This document shows positions 48,837 through 61,020 of a stretch of DNA of 64,000 bases, one piece after another. Each line of letters opens with the position of its first letter. Position 1 is the first letter of the stretch. The notes beneath the pieces were generated by a model. That model saw only the letters and a program-made list of their open reading frames with translations, was not told the origin of the DNA and searched no databases. The position numbers were made by a program, and so were the translations under genes. Origin of the DNA: Sphyrna mokarran (lineage: Eukaryota); the NCBI GenBank assembly GCA_024679065.1, contig JAGIQG010000011.1:37138001-37202000 (forward strand). Direction: 5' to 3'.

Positions 48837-49929
48837 CTGAATAAGAAAATGGAAAAATAAAAAGTTTTGTGAAATGTAGGCATACTCTTTTACAATCAAC
48901 ACATTTTGTATTATTACATGTTTAACTCATATTTAATTTAATATAGATTCTACACCAATTAGTGGAACTTCCAGATTACACTAATATTACCGTGGCCTGT
49001 GCAATGCAGATATCTGTGATAGGGCACCAGAATAGGTTATTATGAGTGACACTTGGGTTAATGACTAGATTATTATATTCTGCTGCCTGTCAACACTGAC
49101 ATATTTTTTACTTTGTAGCAGAATAAGATTTAGATTAATTACATTAAGGTAGGTCAAAATTGAAGGGACAATTTTGAAAAGTCACCATGACATTCAAATG
49201 ATGGGAAAGTTTCTGATTTGCAATAATCTCATTCCTTCAATTTAGTGGATACAAATTTGTCAAGTTAAATGAAATTGGATTTTTAGGCTGTGGCGAGGTG
49301 ATTTCTATTTCTATACACAGTCATCAGGTCACCGATAATGTATTCCAAAAGAAGTTGTGTGTCCCCATTTATCATCGGTAGCTGATTGATGAGTTGTAAT
49401 GTGAAGCTGATTTACAGTATTTTGTCAACTCTTGAAGGCATTCTCTTGCCTTAGCATTTGCCCACCTGCAACTACATTTTTTAGAAATAGATGGATGATG
49501 TGTTGTTGTAGTCTACGCAAAGCATGAAATACTAATATGAACTAACCCATCCCAGTCAGTTAATCAGATTGTTAAGCAGCTTTCTTGACTCTACTAAATA
49601 TATGTAAATGAAATGCATGTTTCACACTGTGAAGGACCATTAATGAAATTGAGATTAGTTTCACTTTTGAAAAACAATTATTGAACACTAAATAGCCAAC
49701 AACTAATTATTTAGGATGATTCATTAAATTACACATTAATTGCACATCAGAACCCATAAAAATGCAAGGCCAAAGTTGAAAGCTAAATCAAGATCCTTCA
49801 CTAAAATTAACCAAGAGAAACAAGGGATGATTTTTTATGACAGTGAGTGGTGCGGTGTTTGGAAGGATGGGACATACGGCCCATGTTAAATAACCCCGCC
49901 ATCTTAGAATAGTCAATCGCAAACTCTAT

Positions 49930-50540
49930 AAGGGATAATTTTCTGAGGGCACCCTGAACAAGGTAAGAGTGGGACTTCTGCCCCTCAGGAACAGGAAGTC
50001 CTGTCCTCAAGAGTTGCCAACAGGTCTAATCAACCAGCAGCTGAGTAGTCCCATCAGTGCCAGAACATAATTTGTAACCACTGTTCAGAGCACAAGTCCT
50101 GAAGAGATCAATGAATGCCAGACTGCAAGGTAAGTTTGGGTTTTTGGTCAGAGCGGAATCCAGAATCATAGCAAAAGGATGAGGGGGCTGGAAGGTTGGA
50201 GGGATTGGGGATCAAGTTCTAGAGACTGGTGGGGGCAGGGTGGGCTGATGGCCACAGGTGATTCCCTCAAAGCAGATATCCCCCTTGCATCTCACCTTTT
50301 TCCCTAAGCTGGGAAAGTGGCAGGCTGATTAATTTCCTTCCCCAACTCAATGCATTATGGTGACAGAGGAGTAAAGAGGCCCTTTAGTGATGTTTAATTG
50401 GTGACTTCAGTGAACTTTAATTGGTGACTTAAGGGTCTCAACAGACTTAAGAATTGACAGGATTGACAGGGCCTTAAACCCCATTGTAATGTGCTGGACA
50501 GCTTGGTGTACAGGAAAATGGTGGGTTAGTCCTTCATTTT
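49930..50540. mobile_element. Old Harbinger-like MITE
   Basis: GC-rich block starting GGGATAATTTTC. TTAATTGGTGACTTAAGGGTCTCAA resembles the interior of the 35112-35731 element. Confidence 0.45.
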
Positions 50541-50709
50541 ATTTTTAAACAGTCTTAATTTCTCCAATCTACATAGCTACAGTTCTTTGTTCCTGGAATT
50601 ATTGTTGTGAATCTCTTCTGCAGTCTCTTCAATACTTTCACGTCCTTCTCAGGTATGGCATCCAGTATTGAATGCAGTATTCCAGAAGAGGCCTTTCAAT
50701 ATCTACCAG

Positions 50710-51030
50710 ATGGCATGGTGGCACTGCTGCCTCACAACACCAGGGACCCAGGTTTGATTCCAGTCTTCAGTGACTGTGCGGAGTTTGCACATTTTCCTCT
50801 GGGTGTTCTGGTTTCTACCCACAGTTCAAAGATGTGCAGATTAAATAGATTGTTCATGCTAAATTGTGCCTTAGTGTCTCAGATTGTAGGGATTAGTGGG
50901 ATAAATATGTGGGAATATAAGAATAGAGTGGGCCTGGGGAGATTTCTTTTGGAGACCCAGTGCAGATTCAATAGGCTGAATGGCCTTCTTCAGCCCTGTA
51001 GGGATTCTAAGATTCTCTACGAGATTCTGT
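50710..51030 (+). mobile_element. HE1-type V-SINE
   Basis: GCACTGCTGCCTCACAACACCAGGGACCCAGG...GGAGTTTGCACATT...GGCTGAATGGCCTTCTT...GGGATTCTAAGATTC. Confidence 0.85.
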
Positions 51031-51039
51031 AAAGCTGGC

Positions 51040-51600
51040 TCAGAATCATATACATTTCAATAGATTCACCTTTCACTCTTCTGAATTTCAATGAGTAAAG
51101 GCCCAACGTGCTCAACTCTACCTTATAAGATAGCCCATCATCACAGAAATCACTCTAGTGAACATTCTCTAGTCTCCATCTAGTACAAGTACAACCTCCT
51201 TAAATAAGAAGATCAAAACCTTGCACAGTACTCTAGGTACAGACTCATCAATGCCCTGTACATCTGTAGCAAGTTTTCTCAACTTTTATTCCCTATCCTC
51301 CCTGCAATAGGACAATATTTTTTTGTCTTGCTGATTACTTGCTGTACCTGCACATTGTCTTTTTATGATTTGTGTCCAAAGACATCCAGATACTTTCTAC
51401 AATCTGCTTTCTCATTCTTCCAAAATGGACAATCTCACATTTTCCCACATCTTCTGTTTGCCCACTCACTTGACCTATCTATATTCTTTTGCAGGTTCTG
51501 TATCTTCTGCACAACGTGCTTCCCTGGATATCTTTGCATCATCAGTAAATTTAGCCACAATGCATTTCGTGCTTTTCTAAATCATTAATATAGATTCCAG
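51040..51600 (-). mobile_element. Old CR1 RT fragment
   Basis: GCACAGTACTCTAGG, CCAAAGACATCCAGATAC, CTCACATTTTCCCACAT, TTTGCATCATCAGTAAATTT (reverse strand KFTDDAK). Confidence 0.7.
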
Positions 51601-51974
51601 TTCTGATCCTTATGGTGCTGCACCACTTGAGGGGAAGGTATGCTGGTTGACATAGGCATCGATTTTAACTCAAGGTGGCATTAGTGATGGGGTGAGGTGT
51701 ATACCATAATTTAAGCAGCTATAAATGTACAGCAGTGCTCACCAATCCTAAATAGTGCATTTGAGAGCTCATTCAAATTATTTATTCATTGTTGTTCAAC
51801 CAGGCAAATAGAGGACCCTAATCCAAAGCTGCTATTAGTGGTGCTATATTGATTAGATAGAAATTCATGAGAGACATGCCTTCCCTTCAAAAGGATAAGA
51901 TTCACCTTCATCCTGTCTCTTTCCCCAGAAAAATTGGCAGAGTAAGAGTACATTCTGTAAAATAAAATGTCTTC

Positions 51975-52098
51975 TGGAATTTTACCACCCTGCCCACCAC
52001 GGGGATTGGAGCAGGCGAGTGGTGGGCAATGGGAAGGTCTACTGACCACAGACAGAATTTTATGGTTTCGGAATGAGTGAGCTATAAAATCTCACCCA
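51975..52098. mobile_element. Short Harbinger-like MITE (~125 bp)
   Basis: TGGAATTTTACC ... TAAAATCTCACCC ends. Confidence 0.55.
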
Positions 52099-52219
52099 TC
52101 ATTTCCACTTCAATATCTTGATCAAATATATGATGATCAATTTTGTCACAGAAAGATGTTAGAGAATATATGTACAATTATCTCATTAACCTTATCTCTG
52201 ACCTTAAGTAGAAAACATT

Positions 52220-52447
52220 GGCTGTGTGGAGTTTGCACATTCTCTGTGTGTCTGTGTAGGTTTCCTCCCATAGTCCAAAAATATAGGGTTAAGTTGATTG
52301 GCCACGCTAAATTGATCCTAGTGTCGGGGCGTTAGCAGAGTAAATGTGAGGGGTTACGGGAATAGGGCCTGGGTCGGATTGCGGTCATTGCAAACTTGAT
52401 GAGCCAAATGGTCTTCTTCTGCACAGTAAGGATACTATGATTCTATG
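52220..52447 (+). mobile_element. HE1-type V-SINE (5'-truncated)
   Basis: CTGTGTGGAGTTTGCACATTCTC...GATGAGCCAAATGG...CTATGATTCTATG. Confidence 0.8.
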
Positions 52448-52490
52448 AATTCTCCAGCTGTTTATGCCAATGGGATTCTCTGGTCCTACA

Positions 52491-53382
52491 TCTTCCCCGG
52501 AGTCTTCAATAAATCATTGGTGATGATGAACATCTCGCTAGGGCCATCCCCACCCCCCCACTTCTTGCTTTCAGATAACCGCACAACCTCAAACAGATCA
52601 TTGTTCGCAGCAAACTACCCAACCTTCAGGAGAACAGGGACCACAATACCACACAAGCCTGCCACAGCAACCTCTGCAAGACATGCCGGATCATAGATAT
52701 GGACGACATCATCAAACGTGAGAATATCATTCACCAGGTACACGGTACATACTCTTGCAACTCGGCCAACGTTGTCTACCTAATACGTTGCAAGAAAGGA
52801 CGCCCCAAAGCATGGTACATTGGGGAGACCATGCAGACACTACGACAGTGGATGAATGAACATCGCTCAACAATCACCAGGCAAAACAGTTCCCTTCCTG
52901 TGGGCGAACACTTCAGCAGTCACGGGCATTCGGCCTCCGACCTTCGGGTAAATGTTCTTCAAGGGGGCCTTCACGACACACGACAGCGCAGAGTTGCTGA
53001 GCAGAGACTGATAGCCAAGTTCCACACACATGAGGACGGTCTTAACAGGGATCTTGGCTTCATGTCACACTATCTGTAACCCCCATGACTAGCCTGGGTT
53101 AGCAAAAAACCTCACTTACTGTGCTGTCTGGAGACAATACACATCTCTCTAACCTCAGTGCTCAGTGTTCCTTTGTTAGCCACTTTAAGACTTGAATGGC
53201 AGGTTAGGTGTAAGGATTCGCATTCTAATCAGCAATCTGTAAACTGTCTGTGCTGATATGTGTGCTTTTGGAGACCAGAACACCTCATTCGCCTGACAAA
53301 GGCCACAAAGGTCGAAAGCTCGCAGATTTACTATCAAATAAATCGGTTGGATTTAAAATTGATGTTGTCAAACTTTACTGAG
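52491..53382 (+). mobile_element. 5'-truncated Penelope-like retroelement (linker, GIY-YIG, pLTR) inserted in a MITE
   Basis: Candidate TSD CCTACA at 52485-52490 and 53383-53388; 3' pLTR CCTGACAAAGG...CGAAAGCTCG...AAATAAATCGGTTGGA. The host MITE spans about 52446-53530. Confidence 0.88.
52699..53079 (+). pseudogene. Penelope GIY-YIG endonuclease domain (C-terminal ORF fragment)
   Basis: YSCNSANVVYLIRC...WYIGETMQTLRQWMNEHR...PVGEHF...AEQRLI...GLNRD; upstream frameshifted PPLLAFR..NLKQIIVRSKLP and CHSNLCKTC linker. Confidence 0.92.
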
Positions 53383-53629
53383 CCTACACTCCTCACACAG
53401 GTTTTCTGGCTGTGAGAATTGATATCAATGGGAAATACCATTGACAGTGGCAGGACCGGAGAATCCTGTGAATGGCATACCCTTCCCACTGCCAGGGAAC
53501 ACACAGCTGGGAAGCCAGAGAATCTCACCCAATGTCTATAACAGTTGCTTGGTTCAAAGCAGCCTTGTAAATTTTCATTCCTGAACTAAGTTAACATGTA
53601 GGTATATCCCCAAAATTACATATACAACT

Positions 53630-54450
53630 ACAAATACTGAAGCAGTCTGTGTCTAAATGCAGCAAGACTTGAACAATATGCAGATTAGGGCTTATAAGCA
53701 GCAAGTAAAATTCACGTAAGTGCCAGGCAACGAGCATCTCCAACATGAAAGAATCCAATCATCCCTCTCTGACATTTTGCAGCATTACCAGCACAGAATT
53801 CCTCACTATTGATATCTCTTTTGGCTGTCGATTGATATGAAACTGAACTGAACTAGCCATATAAATACTATGGCAACAAGAGCAGACCAGAGGCTAGGAA
53901 TTTTGTGTCACTTCCTGACTCCCCAAAGGCACAAGTCAGGAGTGCAATGGAATACTCTCCACTTGCCCAGATGAGTGAGCTCCAACAACACTCAGGAAGT
54001 TCAATACCATTCAGGACAAAACAGACCACTAAATTGGTACTCCATCCACCACCTTCAACAGTCATTCTCTCCATCGTTGATGCGTGGTGGTAGCAGCATG
54101 TACCATCTGCAGGATTCACTGCAGCAACTCACTGAGGGTCCTTCAATAGCACATTCCAAATCCACAATCTCTAACAACTGGAAGCATGGACAGCAGACAT
54201 AAGGGAGGACTTTCACTTTCAAGTTCCCCTCTAAAACACGCTATCCTGACTTGGAATTATACTGCCATTCCTTCACTGTTCAAGGTCAAAATCCTGGAAC
54301 TCAATTTCTAACAACCCTCTGGGTGTTCCTACAGCACATGGACTGCATTCGTTCAAGAAGAAGGTTCACCACCTCCTTCTCAAGAGCAATTAGTGATAGG
54401 CAATAAGTGATGATCCAGCTAACAAAGCCTGCATCCCATGAACCAACCAA
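53630..54450 (+). mobile_element. CR1/L2-group LINE 3' fragment
   Basis: ATGCAGCAAGACTTGAACAATATG (QQDLNN), AAGTGCCAGGCA (KCQA), AAGGCACAAGTCAGGAGTGCAATGGAATACTCTCCACTTGCC (KAQVRSAMEYSPLA). Confidence 0.75.
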
Positions 54451-54732
54451 AAGAAAATTAGATTTGGATATTTAAATAATAGCATTGATAAAAGTGCTAT
54501 CACTGTATTAAAGCGGGTATATAATTATTTTAATTGTTAACTACTAGGTATACCTTCCAATAAATGAGAAAGTACAGCAATTGCTGTTATAACATTTCCC
54601 TAGTTATTTCAATCAATTTTCTTTTCTTTAAAAGATGATAAGCATAGAAGGAACCAAAAATAACATCATGTAAGGAAAGTGACTGAAGAAGAAACTGTCA
54701 ACAGGCATATTGAACATGAGATTGAAATTTTT

Positions 54733-55075
54733 ATAGAATCCTTACAGTGCCTAAAAAGACATTTGGCCCATTGAGTCTGCACTGCCTTCCTTACCAATAC
54801 TGAATATTGTACCCATGCTCTCTCTGCCACTCTCTCCCTGTAAATTTCCTGTGGCTCATCCATCTAACCTACATACCTTGAGGCTCAAAGGGTGAGTTTA
54901 GTTTGGTCAATCCTAATCTGTACATCCTTGTGGAAGAAACCGGAGCACCCGGAGGAAACCCCTGTAGACACAGGGAGAACACGCAAACTCTGCACAGTCG
55001 CCTGACGCCAGAATCAAATCCAGGTCCCTGGCACTGTAAAGTAGCAATGCTAACCACTGTGCTACTGTGCCGTCC
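54733..55075 (-). mobile_element. HE1-type V-SINE
   Basis: ATAGAATCCTTACAGTGC...GAAACCGGAGCACCCGGAGGAAACCC...GGGAGAACACGCAAACTC...GCTAACCACTGTGC. Confidence 0.85.
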
Positions 55076-55624
55076 TATCAAAGAATCATTCAACTCAATT
55101 TTAAGCTCAACCACAGCATGGAGGTGAAAACCCAGGTAAGAAGTTAGAATACAGCTAGAAATGCTTATTGCCAAATGCAAAGATGAACAAAGATACCTAG
55201 CTACAGGATTACTTGTTTTTGTAAACCTGAATCTTTGGTGGAGCTGTAAGGAAAGCAAAAAATGAAATAGATTTCTATGAAATGCATTGAGTTGCCTTGC
55301 TGAATACTAAATCAGCACTTAGGTTAGACAACATTTATTTCACCAAAGGTTTTGATGCTTCAATTACAGCCTCAAAGAAATCTCTTCAGAATTATCTCTT
55401 TTTTCTAACTGTTATCAAATCGGGTGATGTTGAAGTCAATTTCTGCTTTACAAGCCATCGAATAAAGTTCAGGAATGATCCAGCTAAAACTTCAGCCAGC
55501 GTTTTTTAACGCATCAAATGAAAATGTCCGAAAGCATTAAGGCTTCAGCAATGTTTTAAAGGAAAATAGAAACTCAAACTTTGTGCCAATGATCTGCTGT
55601 AATAATGGTCTGATACATTAAAAA

Positions 55625-55915
55625 AAAACTTGTATTTATATAGCCACTTTTGGGACTCTCAGGATGTCCCAAATCATCTTACAAACAGCGATATACTTTG
55701 AAATGTTATCACTATTCTAATGTAGGAAACACAGCAAACACTACAAGTTCCTAAAAACAGATGATGGCCAAATAATTTGATGTTGCCTCAGGGATAAGTA
55801 TTTGCCAGGATACCAAGGATAATTTCCCTGCTATTCTTCAAAATAGTACCAGAGGATCTCTAACATTCATCCAGACAAGACCTAGGTCAAACATCTTAGT
55901 CTAAAAGGTGCTTTT
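55625..55915 (-). mobile_element. SacSINE1-like DeuSINE fragment
   Basis: CTTGTATTTATATAGC...GGATGTCCCAAA...TACTTTGAAATG...GTATTTGCCAGGATACC...CCCTGCTATTCTTCAAAATAG. Confidence 0.7.
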
Positions 55916-56359
55916 CATCCTCGCTCCTAGAACAGACCTGATATGTGCTGAATTCCATCAATTACACTCAAGTCTTGCTGATTGCTGCAGATGAAGCTTC
56001 TCCTATGTATATATATTTCTCTGGTATTTTGTGAAACAATGAAATAATAATAAATCAAAAGATACAACAGGAAAATATGATTTTGCATTTTATTACATTG
56101 TGGAAGGTGCAGCAATACACAAACCAATGCTTGTTTTCCGATCCATCCAGGTTAAAGTGAATCTTCAGCTTTCCACTGCTTGCCTGGTTTCAGCTCTCAT
56201 GGTCAAGTGTCTTTGATTGTCCTGGGAATCCTGGTCTCGGTTCCTAATGGGTGTCATCAACCCAATTTTCAAAGGGTAGCCAACATCTCTAAGGAGCTAA
56301 CTGATAGCACTGCTTCAAGATGTAAAGAATTTAGCAAGGCTAAATTCTTAAGAGCAACA

Positions 56360-56463
56360 CTCTGAAAGCTTGTGCTGCCAAATAAACCTGTTGGACTTTA
56401 ACCTGGTATTGTGAGATGTCTTACTGTGCTTACCCTAGTCCAATGCCAGCGTCTCCATATCAT
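56360..56463 (+). mobile_element. Penelope pLTR fragment
   Basis: CTCTGAAAGCTTGTG...CCAAATAAACCTGTTGGACTTTAACCTGG...CTCCATATCAT. Confidence 0.75.
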
Positions 56464-56879
56464 ATTCAGTCCATTTCACAGGAGGCCTTCTTCCAGGAGA
56501 CTGCAAAGGTCAGTGACCATGTGATACAATATCCGGAATCTCCTGAGGTACTGGTGTCCGACGTGTACAAGAAACACAGCTACTGATTTAACGTTTTAAA
56601 TTTCCTTTCTGCTTATTTTTTTGTTATGCGTGATTTTCTTTCTTTAGGGAGATATCCCTCTTGCTTTGTCCCTGATTTTGTTTAATTTAGTTTATTTGGT
56701 TGGCATCAAAAGAAATGCCTCTGTTTGGGAATGTTGACTCCTGTGAGCTGGAGCTCTGTGCTCATCCCCTCTCTGGGAATGGCTTGTGGATGAGGAGAAA
56801 GATGTTGCCGCTCATGCTGCTGGTGTTGCTGTTGTTACTGTTCATCTCAGTCCTCAGCTGAGATCCAAGAGAAATCCTA

Positions 56880-57046
56880 CCTTCTTTAAGCTGATCTTTC
56901 TCTGCACCCTAGCTATGATTGTAACATTAAATTCTGCACTCTCTTGTTTCCTTCTTTATATCCAATATGCTTTATCTGTATAACGTGCAAGAAACAATAC
57001 CTTTCACTGTATTAGTTCATATGACAATAATAAATCAAATCAAATC
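56880..57046 (+). mobile_element. Rex1/Babar-like LINE 3' tail
   Basis: Ends CTTTCACTGTATTAGTTCATATGACAATAATAAATCAAATCAAATC. Confidence 0.55.
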
Positions 57047-58556
57047 GAAGAGAAAGCTCCGTAAGCGGGGCACATATACACAGATGTTTAACAGATGGAA
57101 AGTGCAGATCAAGTGTGCAAGATTCCAAAATATTAGAAATGACGTCCTGCTGTAAGAAAAAAATCTTTCACTCAGGCAAGGAGGCAGGTGTAGGTTTTGA
57201 GCACTTGTAAAACTTTGCATCTGCTCTTTGTTCAGCCCTTCAGTTCCTGCCAACCTTTCAACTTGTTTTCACTGGTCAGCTCCAGCAAGCCTGTGAAATC
57301 TGTGCACACAGATATAAATTTAAAAATCAAAGACGAAACAGCTGCTAATTGCCTTTTCACACATTACAGTTGTCAATGAGCCTCACCTGAAGAGGTTCCC
57401 TTTGTAAAGCTAAATATGTTGAAGTTAAAGGCGGAAGTGAGCAGGTTTTTGTTGACTTCCCAACACGCTGTCAATATTAACCCATCTGCTGTCAAACCTA
57501 CTCATCCTCTCAGAATAAAATTGTACCTCCCTACCCCGGCCCCTAGAGCATGAGTTGAACCCACGACCCTTTGAGTCAGAGGTGAGACTGCTACCAGCTG
57601 AGCCATGGCTGATGTATTGTTAGCCAACTGACATGCAGTAATGGAAAAAGCTGAAACTTCATCTATCTTAGTTCAACCTGGAGAATGAACAAAGAAGATC
57701 AAATCATTCACTAATCATCTTCAAATTATTTTCTGAAAACAAGAACATCAACAAGAAACTCAAAATCAAAGCAGCGGAACTTTTTCATCTCCTCTGGTCT
57801 TTCCTCACTCATATAATTTACAGACTTTTAAACTTCAAGTTAGGCATTATCTGACTGCTCTTAGGATTTGAATTGTCTATTTTCCAGATTGGTGGTGTTT
57901 TGCACTGTGAGTTTTGTCTCTTCTGTTCAAGTTTCTCAATGGAATATAAATTAGAAAAGTCCTGCCCAATCTTCACCACCAGTAGAAATAATACTACATG
58001 AGGGATGTTCTTAGGAAAACAGTTTGCCGTCTTACTTGGCAACCCACTAAGGACAAACTGAAATTCACCTTTCAAAAATTCATAAAACAGGAAGGATATA
58101 GAGGCATAACTTTCTAATGAACACACAAATGTGATTTTTGATTACTTAGCAATTTAGCAGGCAAATAAAGTTGTTCAACTCTCCTTCAGACTGTCATATG
58201 TAATTCAGTTTTAAATATTGGCAAAAGGAGCAGATAATTTAACAAGGAGAACAGTCTCCTCACTGGAATAATCCTTTAATTTGGGGGTAGAAGTTGAAAG
58301 GAAAACATTTTTGTGATAGTCTGTTTGCATGTTCCAAACACTACAGCATGTAACAGAACTTTCAGATCCATTGTCAATGATAAACAGGGCATTTCCTTGA
58401 AAAAAAATTAAATATGTTGACAAATAATTTGGGGGAAACAATATCTGCAGATTTGTGTAAACAACCTTATTGCATTATGTTCTATGTCAAAATATTTAGG
58501 GCCTCACACCCGATTTTACCATGTTTTTGCACCCATCTGGACGCAATGGCAAAAGC

Positions 58557-58788
58557 NNNNNNNNNNNNNNNNNNNNNNNNNNNNNNNNNNNNNNNNNNNN
58601 NNNNNNNNNNNNNNNNNNNNNNNNNNNNNNNNNNNNNNNNNNNNNNNNNNNNNNNNNNNNNNNNNNNNNNNNNNNNNNNNNNNNNNNNNNNNNNNNNNNN
58701 NNNNNNNNNNNNNNNNNNNNNNNNNNNNNNNNNNNNNNNNNNNNNNNNNNNNNNNNNNNNNNNNNNNNNNNNNNNNNNNNNNNNNNNN
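58557..58788. other. Assembly gap (232 N)
   Basis: Run of n between a Harbinger-like end (CCCGATTTTACCATG) and a TG microsatellite. Confidence 1.
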
Positions 58789-58800
58789 TGTGTAACTGTG

Positions 58801-58833
<33 letters not shown>

Positions 58834-58875
58834 ATGTTTCTGTATGCGCGTGTGTCTATGTGCGTGTGTGTATGC
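58789..58875. repeat. (TG)n microsatellite
   Basis: TGTGTGTGTG run with degenerate flanks. Confidence 0.95.
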
Positions 58876-59461
58876 AACAGTCAGACCTGCAGCAGAGATA
58901 CTGAGCAGAAGTTTTGTGTTGAATTATGCCATCTCCCTCTACAAATGAGGTGATACACGGTTGAAAATTCTGCAGAAGTTGCGGCACAATTCCTGACTTG
59001 CCCTTGCCAGTTCTGCCACTTTCTGCCAGAAGTCCAAATTTTGGCAAACATATGTAATACAATATACACACACACAATGATAGGATTACATTACAATAGA
59101 TGTCTTTCTACTTCATACTTTAGCAAAACCAAACACAAGAGATATCATCACATTCCTGGCTTTCAATTTGCTATTTGAGGAACAGGATTTAAATATTCAA
59201 GACTTCGATTGCCTGTGCATTCAATCTCAGGATTCACAATTGAACAGCTCACGGACTTTTTTTTAAGAAATATGCAACAGTTCTTTAGCATCTGGAAACC
59301 ATTGATCATATTATATGTAATAGATCTCCAAGGCCACACACAGACAATCGAAATAAACCCCCTCCCCAATCCTGTCTGCCCAGAATTGCAAATGACATTG
59401 ATGCTGGAATATTAGCCTGGTTCAGAAACATCATGGGCAGGACTTTTCTTAACATTTATTT

Positions 59462-59980
59462 CTAAAATAACAACAGGAAATGCTGGATAGCACAGTTTGG
59501 ATTGAAATGATCCTTCTACAGAACGGACACAAGGTAGAAATGCAAAGCACGTAGCTAGAATGTAATTGGAAAGGGGGCACAGAAGGTGGGACAGAATAGA
59601 AGAATGGGGATAGGACAGGGAAAAGGAGAGACTGACAAATTTGTCCCCGATACAGACAAAGGGGAATGTTAATGGTACCATTAATGGATGAAGAGCACTA
59701 ATTGGGGCCAAAGGTAAGATAGCAAAATGTGTTAATGACAGCAACTGAACAAAAATGGACAGGTAGCCATGTGAGGAGGAGTGGCCAGAGAGCTCAAAAA
59801 TAATAAAACTACAAAAGGGGTGAGAACGTGGTTTAAGATGGAGGGGGCAGTTTGCAGTCTCAAGTTGTTGAACTCAGTGTTGAGTCCAGAAGGCTGAAGC
59901 GAGCCTAATTGTACATTGTTCTTCCAGTTGGTGCTAGGCATCGCTGGAGCATTGCAACAGCCCTAGGACAGACAGGTATA
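59462..59980 (-). mobile_element. Old PLE (Neptune-like) terminal repeat remnant
   Basis: AACAGGAAATGCTGGA...CCTTCTACAGAAC followed by a purine-rich body and GTTGTTGAACTCAGTGTTGAGTCCAGAAGGCTG. Confidence 0.45.
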
Positions 59981-60259
59981 CACATTCTCGACATCATTAC
60001 CAGAATGTACACCACTTCTGCTTTCTCACTTTTTTGCCTTTCCCATGTGATTATTATTAAAATTGCCATCGGCATGAATGGGCAGCACATGATTTAACAG
60101 TTAGGGACACATGACATTGATGTCACCCACCATTAGCAGATAATGTTGCCTCCATGACTGGCCTATTACACAGGATCCTGTTCAATCAGGGGAGCTGGGT
60201 ATCATTGCCAAGATGCTCTAGCGATTAACACTGTTATACCATTTTAATTCCAGGTGCTG

Positions 60260-61020
60260 ACGGACTTGAAACTGGGAATGGTTCAAATCCAAATTTTAGA
60301 CCCATTCTTAGTCACTCTCATATGCACTCCGACTTGAAAGAATATTAGCAATTTTAAATTGTGCTGCAGGAGTCTTTGGGCAGGGCTTAACACAACTAAA
60401 ATCTGGTAGCTCCAATTGGCGCCTCCAACTGCAATGCACAGAAAAAGAAATGACAGAACGTGGCTCTCGTGCCACATCACTCCTGGGCCAGATAATGTCT
60501 CTCTCTGGCCCTCACAGACATTGCCCCACTCCCACAAAAATTCTGACCCCTTTACACCCACTCACATCCTCGCCATCCTGACTGCTCACGGGGGCCTCCC
60601 ACCTTCCCACTTACTGATCTCAGGCAGAGTGGCAGTGAACCCTTCTACCCTCACTAATCTCAGGCAACGTGGCAGCGGACCCCCATTCCACTCTCACTGA
60701 TCTCAGAGTGGCAGCAGACCCCTTTCTCCCCTCACTGATCTCAGACAGCATAGCAGAGGACCCCCGCTTCCCCCCCTCACTGATCTCAAGCAGCGTGGCA
60801 GTGGACCACCCCTTCCCCCTCACATGTCAGGTAGCATAGCAGCAGACCCTGCCTCCCTCCCTCACTGATTTCAGGCAGGGTGACAGTGACCCCCCCCCCA
60901 CCTCACTGATTTCAGGCAGGGTGACAGTGGAACCCCCTCCCCCCCTCAGATCTGAGGCAGAATGGCAGCGGACTTCCCCCACCCCCGCTTCCCCCTCGCA
61001 GATCACGTGCAGAGTGGCAG
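60260..61020. mobile_element. Harbinger-like MITE fragment related to 18251-19035
   Basis: GAAACTGGGA, TTTTAGACCC, GGGCTTAAC and GCCACATCACTCCTGGGCCAGATAATGTC are shared with the 18.3-18.5 kb copy. Confidence 0.65.
60600..61020. repeat. Minisatellite, unit about 43 bp, inside the MITE
   Basis: CCCTCACTGATCTCAGGCAGxGTGGCAGxGGACCCC repeated about ten times. Confidence 0.85.

Noticed and set aside
50440-50470. 18S rRNA-like words (GAATTGAC, GGATTGACAG)
   Set aside because: Only a few short words inside a MITE interior, with no extended rRNA similarity.
51914-51954. Possible further upstream exon behind a ttttattttacag acceptor
   Set aside because: Two frames are open, the donor is weak (gtgaat), and I cannot tie it to the gene.
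58414-58953. Long ORFs of 103-179 aa
   Set aside because: Artefacts of the N gap and the TG microsatellite.
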